Shown: positions 15,322 to 22,295 of the stretch, piece by piece | Numbering within the stretch: the stretch's first letter is position 1 | Layout of the letters: every line of letters starts with the position of its first letter | NCBI GenBank assembly: GCA_000025185.1 | Contig: CP001848.1 | Location: 3,210,001-3,242,000 of the forward strand | DNA length: 32,000 nt | Source: Pirellula staleyi DSM 6068 | GTDB lineage: Bacteria; Planctomycetota; Planctomycetia; Pirellulales; Pirellulaceae | Reading direction: 5' to 3' | Notes under the pieces: model-generated | Told to the model about the DNA's origin: nothing | What the model saw: only the letters and a program-made list of their open reading frames with translations | Database searches by the model: none | Translations under genes and position numbers: made by a program

Positions 15322-16185
15322 ATGTTCGAAATCACCCCCAAACACTCCTTCCTGGTCGGTATCGACTCCGATGGATGTGCGTTTGATACGATGGAACTGA
15401 AGCACAAAGAATGCTTCATTCCCAACATCATCAACTACTACAACCTGCAAGCCGTGAGCAAATACGCTCGCGAAGCTGCTGAGTTTGTGAACCTCTACAG
15501 CAAGAGCCGCGGCATCAACCGCTTCCCGGCGCTGGTCGAAGCACTCGAGTGGCTCGCTCGTCGTCCTGAAGTCATCGGTCGTGGCTTCAAGGTCGAGATT
15601 CCCGAGTCGCTCCGCGCTTGGCTCAAAGAAGAGACCAAACTCGGTAACCCAGCGCTCGAAGCCAAAGTGAAGGCGACGAATGATCCTGCTCTGACGCAGT
15701 GCCTCGCTTGGTCCAAGGCGGTGAACAAGACGGTTGACGAGATGGTCCGCGCGGTGCCCCCTTTCCCGCTGGTTCGCGAAAGCCTCGACAAGCTTGCTGA
15801 AAAGGCCGATCTCATCGTCTGTTCAGCGACCCCTAACGCCGCACTTGAAAAAGAGTGGCACGAGCACGGTATCGACAAACACATCGTTAAGATCTGCGGC
15901 CAGGAAGTGGGGACGAAGAAAGAAATTCTCGTCAACTCGAAGAAGTACGCCGCCAATCACACCCTCATGATCGGCGATGCCCCCGGCGATTACTCGGCTG
16001 CCAAAGCCAACAGTTGCCTCTTCTTCCCGATCAATCCTGGTCACGAAGATGCCAGCTGGAAGAACTTCTACGAAGAAGGTATCGAGCGTTTCTTTGGTGG
16101 CACGTTCGCCGGCGACTATCAAACCAAACTGCTCGCCGAATTCGAAAAGTACTTGCCCGAAAAGCCCTCGTGGCCCGTGGTGTAG
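15322..16185 (+). CDS. HAD superfamily hydrolase (likely a phosphatase), substrate unknown
   Basis: Motif I 'GIDSDGC', motif II 'VCSAT', a Lys-rich motif III region 'GTKKE', motif IV 'MIGDAPGD', and a large cap insertion between motifs I and II. Confidence 0.8.
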   Translation: MFEITPKHSFLVGIDSDGCAFDTMELKHKECFIPNIINYYNLQAVSKYAREAAEFVNLYSKSRGINRFPALVEALEWLARRPEVIGRGFKVEIPESLRAWLKEETKLGNPALEAKVKATNDPALTQCLAWSKAVNKTVDEMVRAVPPFPLVRESLDKLAEKADLIVCSATPNAALEKEWHEHGIDKHIVKICGQEVGTKKEILVNSKKYAANHTLMIGDAPGDYSAAKANSCLFFPINPGHEDASWKNFYEEGIERFFGGTFAGDYQTKLLAEFEKYLPEKPSWPVV

Positions 16186-16200
16186 TGCGACAAGAGACGC

Positions 16201-16237
16201 TCCGCAGTTCCTAACGAATCTTCAGCGGAACTGCGGA
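16201..16237 (+). terminator. Strong stem-loop downstream of the HAD gene
   Basis: tccgcagttcc-(15 nt)-ggaactgcgga: 11-bp perfect stem starting 16 nt after the stop. No U-tract. Confidence 0.45.
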
Positions 16238-16294
16238 TCAAGCTGCATACAATCTTTCCAAGTTTCTGAATCACTTTTTGGTTAGTCAACTCTC

Positions 16295-17746
16295 ATGGCA
16301 TCTTGCGATTTTGGTTTGATCGGACTGGCAGTGATGGGCGAGAACCTCGCTCTCAACGTCGAAAGCCGCGGCTACAGCGTCGCTGTTTTCAACCGCACCA
16401 CTTCGGTGGTCGACAACTTTATTAGTGGCCGCGCGAAGGGGAAGCAGTTCGTCGGCTGTCACTCGCTGGAAGAGTTGGTCCAGTCGGTCAAAACGCCTCG
16501 CAAGATCATGATGATGGTGAAAGCTGGACCAGCAGTTGATGATCTCATCGAACAGCTGCTCCCGCATCTCTCGCCCGGCGACGTGATTATCGACGGCGGC
16601 AACGAGCACTACACCAACACCGAACGCCGTACCGCTTACATCGAAAGCAAGGGGCTGCTGTACATCGGCACCGGTGTTTCGGGTGGCGAAGAAGGGGCCC
16701 TCAAAGGCCCAAGCATGATGCCCGGCGGTAGCGAAGCTGGCTGGCCACTCGTCAAGCCGATCTTCCAAGCCATCGCTGCGAAGGTTGGTCCGAACAATGA
16801 TATTCCTTGCTGCGAGTGGGTCGGTCCACGTGGTGCTGGTCACTACGTGAAGATGGTTCACAACGGCATCGAATACGGCGACATGCAGCTGATTTGCGAA
16901 GCCTACCTGATGCTGAAAGAAGCGGGTGGCCTTTCGAACGAAGAGCTGTACGACGTCTTCGAAGAGTGGAACAACAGCGAGCTGCAAAGCTACTTGATCG
17001 AGATCAGCCGCGATATCTTCAGCGTGAAGGACGAAGAAGCAGGGGGCTATCTCGTCGACAAGATTCTCGACGTGGCTGGTGCCAAGGGAACGGGCAAGTG
17101 GATGAGCCAACTGGCGCTCGATCTTGGCGTTCCGAGCACGATGGTCACCGAAGCGGTTTATGCTCGTGGCCTCTCGGCCATGAAAGCAGCTCGCGTGAAA
17201 GCTTCGGGCATCCTCCAAGGACCCACGGTTGCCACGGCTGGTGTTTCGGTCGGGGAAAAGAAGGCGTTCATCGACGCGGTGAAGCAAGCGCTCTACGCTT
17301 CGAAGATCTGCAGCTACGCTCAGGGTTATGTGCAGCTGCAAGCTGCTGCGGCCGAGCACAAATGGCCGCTGAACTACGGCGATATCGCTCTGCTGTGGCG
17401 TGGTGGCTGCATCATCCGCGCGAAGTTCCTCGAGCGTATCAAGGAAGCTTTCGACGCCCATCCGAACCTCGAAAACCTGTTGTTCCACCCGTTCTTTGCT
17501 GAAGCTACGGCCAAGGCACAAGACTCGTGGCGCAAAGTGGTGGTCCTTGCTGCTCAGCTTGGTTTGCCGGTGATCGAATTCAGCAACGCTCTGTCGTACT
17601 ACGACAGCCTGCGTCGCGAACGTTTGCCAGCCAACTTGCTGCAAGCGCAGCGCGACTATTTCGGCGCTCACACCTACGAGCGGACCGACAAGACTGGCAA
17701 GTTCCACACCGATTGGATCAGCAAGCGTGCTACGCCCAAATCGTAA
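16295..17746 (+). CDS. gnd: 6-phosphogluconate dehydrogenase, decarboxylating
   Basis: 'GLIGLAVMGENLALN', 'GTGVSGGEEGA', 'VKMVHNGIEYGDMQLI' and 'RDYFGAHTYER' form a textbook Gnd signature over 483 aa. Confidence 0.95.
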   Translation: MASCDFGLIGLAVMGENLALNVESRGYSVAVFNRTTSVVDNFISGRAKGKQFVGCHSLEELVQSVKTPRKIMMMVKAGPAVDDLIEQLLPHLSPGDVIIDGGNEHYTNTERRTAYIESKGLLYIGTGVSGGEEGALKGPSMMPGGSEAGWPLVKPIFQAIAAKVGPNNDIPCCEWVGPRGAGHYVKMVHNGIEYGDMQLICEAYLMLKEAGGLSNEELYDVFEEWNNSELQSYLIEISRDIFSVKDEEAGGYLVDKILDVAGAKGTGKWMSQLALDLGVPSTMVTEAVYARGLSAMKAARVKASGILQGPTVATAGVSVGEKKAFIDAVKQALYASKICSYAQGYVQLQAAAAEHKWPLNYGDIALLWRGGCIIRAKFLERIKEAFDAHPNLENLLFHPFFAEATAKAQDSWRKVVVLAAQLGLPVIEFSNALSYYDSLRRERLPANLLQAQRDYFGAHTYERTDKTGKFHTDWISKRATPKS

Positions 17747-17774
17747 GCTGCGCTGATTCACCCGTTGTCCTAGC

Positions 17775-17809
17775 GGCTCGCAAGCCACCTCTTCTCCTGC
17801 TTGCGAGCC
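17775..17809 (+). terminator. Strong stem-loop downstream of gnd
   Basis: ggctcgcaagc-(13 nt CT-rich loop)-gcttgcgagcc: 11-bp perfect stem starting 29 nt after the gnd stop. No U-tract. It overlaps the track's proposed SDR start at 17801, which argues for the ATG at 17873. Confidence 0.45.
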
Positions 17810-17872
17810 CACCGCCGAGGCAAGCCTGCACTCGGCAATCCTCTCGCACAATCGCAACCGGGAATCTGCTTC

Positions 17873-18655
17873 ATGTCCGACTTCGTGCGACACCTGTTCG
17901 GCCTCGAATCGCAAGTGGCGGTTGTCGTCGGCGCCACGGGGGTTCTCGGTGGGACGCTCGCCGAAGGCATTGCTCAGGCAGGAGCCCATGTGGTGGTCGC
18001 CGGTCGCGATGAAGCTCGGGGCATCGCTCGCGTGCAAGCGATCGAGAAGCTCGGCGGCACGGCAGAATTTCACTCGGTGACGGCCGACGAGCGGGCTTCG
18101 GTCGAGCAATTGCTGGCAGCCGTCCTCGCGCGTCACGGCCAAGTCGACATGCTCGTGAACTGCGCCGGCGCGAACTCAGCAACTCCTTACTTCGAGATCA
18201 AAGACGAAGATTGGAACCGGGTGGTCGAGAGCAATCTCACCACCACGCATCTAGGGTGTCAGATTTTTGCTAGTCACATGCGGACCCAGGCCGAGGGGGG
18301 CTCGATCCTCAATATCGGCAGCGTGACGGCTCACTTGCCCCTGTCGCGAGTCTTTGCCTACTCCGCTGCCAAAGCGGCGGTGGTGAACTTAACAAAGAAT
18401 CTCGCACGCGAGTTTGCGACGCAAAAAGTGCGGGTCAATGTTCTCTGTCCCGGATTTTTTCCCGCCGAACAGAACCGCAAGATCCTCGACACCGAGCGGG
18501 TCGACAATATCATGCGTCAAACGCCGATTCAGCGTTTTGGCGAACCCCAAGAACTCATTGGACCAGCTCTCTTGCTCCTCTCTCGCCGAGCGGGCTCGTT
18601 CATAACTGGTGAAGACCTCTACTGCGACGGCGGCTTCACCTCCATGCGTTTCTAG
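17873..18655 (+). CDS. Short-chain dehydrogenase/reductase (gluconate-5-dehydrogenase / UxuB-like SDR)
   Basis: 'VVGATGVLGG' (TGxxxGxG), 'NCAG' and the catalytic 'YSAAK'. I prefer the ATG at 17873 (MSDFVRHLFGL...), 260 aa. Confidence 0.85.
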   Translation: MSDFVRHLFGLESQVAVVVGATGVLGGTLAEGIAQAGAHVVVAGRDEARGIARVQAIEKLGGTAEFHSVTADERASVEQLLAAVLARHGQVDMLVNCAGANSATPYFEIKDEDWNRVVESNLTTTHLGCQIFASHMRTQAEGGSILNIGSVTAHLPLSRVFAYSAAKAAVVNLTKNLAREFATQKVRVNVLCPGFFPAEQNRKILDTERVDNIMRQTPIQRFGEPQELIGPALLLLSRRAGSFITGEDLYCDGGFTSMRF

Positions 18656-18758
18656 CGATTGGAGTTTCGGGCCTGTCCCGCACTCTGCGTCTAGCTGCGT
18701 AACTTAGACTCCCTACTCTACGAGCCATCCGACGATCGGTTGCGAAAAAGGTCTGCAC

Positions 18759-20219
18759 ATGCCTCACCAGGTAGTTATCTTCGGAGCCTCAGGCGACCTG
18801 ACAAGTCGCAAACTGATCCCCGCACTCTATCTCCTCTCGCGCAAGAATCGCTTGCCCAAAGAGACGAAGGTGATTGGGGTCTCGCGGACTGATTTCTCGC
18901 ACGAAGCGTGGCGCAATGAGCTCCTCGCAACCACCAAAAAATTCGCCGGCAGCGAGTTCGACGAAGCGTCGTGGAACACGTTTGCCGCCAATGTCTTCTA
19001 TCACGCTGCCGATGCTGCCGAGTCCGATGGCATTCAGTCGCTCGATCGATTCCTGAAGGAACTGGAAGCGGGGCAAACCAGCACGCGGCTGTACTACCTC
19101 TCGACGAGCCCCAAGCTCTACGAGCAGATCATCGCGCAGCTCGGTGCTGCCGGAATGGCGGAAGAATCTCAGGGAACGCGCCGCATTGTGATCGAAAAGC
19201 CGTTTGGCACCGATCTCAGTTCGGCCAAGCGGCTGAACCTCAGCACCCATAAAGTGTTCGACGAAAAGCAGGTCTATCGCATCGATCATTACCTCGGTAA
19301 AGAGACAGTGCAAAACCTGCTGGTCCTACGTTTTGCCAATACGATTTTCGAGCCGATTTGGAATCGTAACTACATCGACCATGTGCAGATCACCGTGGCC
19401 GAAGAAGTGGACGTGGGACGTCGCGCGGGCTGCTACGATGGGAGTGGTGTGCTGCGCGACATGTTTCAGAATCACTTGCTGCAGCTGTTGATGATCACCG
19501 CGATGGAAGCGCCGTCCCGTTTTCAGGCCGACTTTGTTCGCGATGAGAAGGTAAAGGTGCTGCGTGCTGTTCGGCCGCTCAACGGCAGCGATTATGCGCG
19601 CGATACCGTGCGTGGTCAGTACGACGGTTATTTGCAGGCAGAAGGGGTGCCGCAGGGGAGCCAAACAGCCACGTTCGCCGCGCTGAAGCTGCAGGTCGAT
19701 AACTGGCGCTGGAGTGGTGTGCCGTTTTACTTGCGCAGTGGCAAGGCAATGAGTTGCCGCACCACGCAAATCGTGATTCAGTTCCGTCAGCCTCCGCACA
19801 TGCTCTTTGCCGATGGAGCGCGTCCCGCTACGCAGTGCGATGCCAATCGACTGGTGGTGCAGATTCAACCCGCCGAAGGAATTCAGCTCGAGTTTCAGAC
19901 GAAGGTTCCCGATGCGGGGATGCGTCTGCGGATGACCGATCTCGACTTCAGTTTCCAGCGAGAATTCACCGGCGTGATGCCCGATTCCTATCAGCGGCTG
20001 TTGCTCGACGCGCTCAATGGCGATGCCAGCTTGTTTGCTCGCAGCGATGAAGTGGAACTGGCGTGGGGCATCATCGATCCGATTCTCGCGGCGTGGCAAA
20101 GCGACGATGCTCCACCACTCGATGGCTATCCCAAGGGAGATTGGGGCCCCGATCGAAGTGATAAGTGGATGCATGAACAAGGGCGTCAGTGGTTCGATGT
20201 CTGCCCGGTGCTGCACTAG
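18759..20219 (+). CDS. zwf: Glucose-6-phosphate 1-dehydrogenase
   Basis: 'VIFGASGDLTSRKLIPAL', 'RIDHYLGKE' and 'LRFANTIFEPIWN' are present over 486 aa. Confidence 0.95.
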   Translation: MPHQVVIFGASGDLTSRKLIPALYLLSRKNRLPKETKVIGVSRTDFSHEAWRNELLATTKKFAGSEFDEASWNTFAANVFYHAADAAESDGIQSLDRFLKELEAGQTSTRLYYLSTSPKLYEQIIAQLGAAGMAEESQGTRRIVIEKPFGTDLSSAKRLNLSTHKVFDEKQVYRIDHYLGKETVQNLLVLRFANTIFEPIWNRNYIDHVQITVAEEVDVGRRAGCYDGSGVLRDMFQNHLLQLLMITAMEAPSRFQADFVRDEKVKVLRAVRPLNGSDYARDTVRGQYDGYLQAEGVPQGSQTATFAALKLQVDNWRWSGVPFYLRSGKAMSCRTTQIVIQFRQPPHMLFADGARPATQCDANRLVVQIQPAEGIQLEFQTKVPDAGMRLRMTDLDFSFQREFTGVMPDSYQRLLLDALNGDASLFARSDEVELAWGIIDPILAAWQSDDAPPLDGYPKGDWGPDRSDKWMHEQGRQWFDVCPVLH

Positions 20220-20294
20220 TGCGTAGCGCTGCTAATACTGGTAGAGATGGACGCAACAACTTCGGCTTCGAAACTTCTCCAAGGAAATCTGCCA

Positions 20295-20726
20295 ATGAAT
20301 GACGAGCGACAAGCGACCGTGCGATTGGTAGACGAACTGGGCGCAAGTGGCAAAGTGCGTCAGATCTTCGACGATATCAAGGCGACGAAGGGGATCGATC
20401 GTGTCCCCGCATTATGGCGCGCACTGGCAACAGCGCCTGATGAACTGGAACTCGTTTGGACGAGTCTCAAAGCGCGAATGCATCCCGAAGCCGTGGGACG
20501 CGAAAGCAATCTCGACGCCAAGACGCGCGAGATCATTGCCCTGGCAGTCTCGGCCACCAATGGCTGCAGCTACTGCGTGAACTCGCACACAGCAGCCCTT
20601 CGCAAACAGGGTGTCGATCAAGAGACGCTTGGCGAGATCATGGGGATTGTCTCGCTATTTAACAGTACGAACGCCCTCGCCGAAGGCTATCAGGTGGAGC
20701 CCGATGTCTTTCCACCTTTGGATTAA
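20295..20726 (+). CDS. Carboxymuconolactone decarboxylase / AhpD-like family protein (CxxC)
   Basis: 'AVSATNGCSYCVNSHTAAL' is the AhpD-core CxxC...H motif. I prefer the ATG at 20295 (AAGGAA 8 nt upstream). The track start 20247 is an alternative. Confidence 0.7.
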   Translation: MNDERQATVRLVDELGASGKVRQIFDDIKATKGIDRVPALWRALATAPDELELVWTSLKARMHPEAVGRESNLDAKTREIIALAVSATNGCSYCVNSHTAALRKQGVDQETLGEIMGIVSLFNSTNALAEGYQVEPDVFPPLD

Positions 20727-20740
20727 CTCTCTGTCGATTG

Positions 20741-20761
20741 GCTGATCACTACGAGATCAGC
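20741..20761. terminator. Hairpin between convergent genes (AhpD-like / DUF1501)
   Basis: gctgatc-actacga-gatcagc: 7-bp stem. The DUF1501 stop codon (20749-20751) lies in the loop. Confidence 0.3.
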
Positions 20762-22224
20762 TCTTTGATCGGCTCGACCGGTTCGACACCCACCAATTTC
20801 TGCTCGAGTCCGCCGTAGAAGTACGACAGCTGATTGGGATTCATTCCCATCTGATGCAGCACGGTCGCATGCAGACGCTTCACGTGCATCGGTTGTTCGA
20901 TAGCAGCAGCGCCGAGTTCGTCGGTCGCACCCACGCTTTGACCACCCTTGATGCCGCCACCGGCCATCCACATCGTAAAGCCATACGAGTTATGATCGCG
21001 GCCGGTCCCTTCGGCATACTCGGCTGTGGGTTGACGACCAAACTCGCCACCCCAGATGATCAGCGTTTCGTCGAGCAGGCCACGTTGACGCAGGTCCTTG
21101 ATCAAACCGGCGATTGGCTTGTCGGTACGACCAGCGTGATAGTCGTGGTTCTTTTTCAGATCGCCGTGAGCATCCCAGTTGGCGTCGTTGTGATTGCCAC
21201 CGGAGTACAGTTGAATGAATCGCACACCCCGTTCGACAAGTCGTCGGGCCAGTATGCAGCGCCTGCCAAACTCGGATGTCCGTTCGTCGTCGGCACCGTA
21301 GAGCTTGAGAGTCTCGGCTGTCTCTTGCGTCAGGTCGACCGCTTCGGGCGCGTGCATCTGCATCTTGTACGCGAGTTCGTAGCTGGCAATGCGAGCGGCG
21401 AGATCGGTGTTTTCTGCACGCCCCGCTTGGTGCTCGGCATTGCTGGTGTGTAGTTCGTCGAGCAGTTTGCGCTGCATCTCGCGAGTCATTCCCTCGGGAG
21501 GACTCAGGTCGATGATCGGCGCACCCTTGGATCGCATGAGTGTGGCTTGGTAGCTGGCCGGCATATAGCCGCTCGACCAGTTCTTTGCGCCACTGATGGG
21601 TCCCCCGGTGGGATCGAGCATCACCACAAACCCGGGCAAGTTTTCGCTCTCGCTGCCGAGTCCATAGTTGATCCACGAACCAAGACAGGGACTGCCGCTG
21701 AGAATCTTACCAGTGTTCATCTGCAGCATCGCCGAGCCGTGAATCGGCGAGTCGGCCTGCATGCTCTTGATGAACGCCAGCGAATCGACTTCGGTGGCCA
21801 GATTGGGGAAGAGTTCAGAAACCCATTGTCCCGACTCGCCGTATTGTTTGAAGCTCCACTTCGGACCGACGACGCGTCCCGAGTTTTTGCTACCACCGCG
21901 CCCTTTGGTTTTCACTTCGATCGTCTGACCATCGAGCTCATAGAGTTTTGGCTTATAGTCGAACGTATCGACGTGGCTTGGGCCGCCGTACATGAACAGG
22001 AAGATCACACTTTTGGCTTTGGGAGCAAAGTGCGGAAGCTTAGGGGCTAGCGGATTGACGAATGGCGTGACACCGTCCGCTGCTGTCGATTGCTTATGGA
22101 AAAAGGCGTTTGCGCCGAGCATGCCGGTGAGGGCGAGCGAAGTGAACTTAGCCCCCGCTTCCCAGAGGAACTCGCGCCGAGTTCGATGGCAAAAACTTCC
22201 GGCAGGCTTTTGGTTGAAACTCAT
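20749..22224 (-). CDS. DUF1501 domain protein (sulfatase/alkaline-phosphatase-like fold) with Tat signal
   Basis: The Tat motif 'TRREFLWEAGAKFTSLALTGMLG', 'FMYGGPSHVDTFDYKP' and the C-terminal 'GRDHNSYGFTMWMAGGG' are present. GGGAGA lies 6 nt upstream of the ATG at 22224. Confidence 0.9.
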   Translation of the reverse strand: MSFNQKPAGSFCHRTRREFLWEAGAKFTSLALTGMLGANAFFHKQSTAADGVTPFVNPLAPKLPHFAPKAKSVIFLFMYGGPSHVDTFDYKPKLYELDGQTIEVKTKGRGGSKNSGRVVGPKWSFKQYGESGQWVSELFPNLATEVDSLAFIKSMQADSPIHGSAMLQMNTGKILSGSPCLGSWINYGLGSESENLPGFVVMLDPTGGPISGAKNWSSGYMPASYQATLMRSKGAPIIDLSPPEGMTREMQRKLLDELHTSNAEHQAGRAENTDLAARIASYELAYKMQMHAPEAVDLTQETAETLKLYGADDERTSEFGRRCILARRLVERGVRFIQLYSGGNHNDANWDAHGDLKKNHDYHAGRTDKPIAGLIKDLRQRGLLDETLIIWGGEFGRQPTAEYAEGTGRDHNSYGFTMWMAGGGIKGGQSVGATDELGAAAIEQPMHVKRLHATVLHQMGMNPNQLSYFYGGLEQKLVGVEPVEPIKELIS

Positions 22225-22295
22225 GATTCATCTCCCGAGCAGTGCGGAGCGTATGGATTATGGAAAACTGGAGTGGCCACTCATGCGCCACGCAT

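Noticed and set aside
16286-18142. 618-aa ORF on the minus strand, the longest unexplained ORF in the track
   Set aside because: It lies exactly antisense to gnd and the SDR gene, both of which have unmistakable family motifs. Its translation is Arg/Ala/Val/Asp-rich with no recognisable motif. This is a typical shadow ORF of a GC-rich genome.
19326-20216. 296-aa minus-strand ORF
   Set aside because: It is antisense to zwf, whose frame has 'RIDHYLGKE'. There is no independent support.
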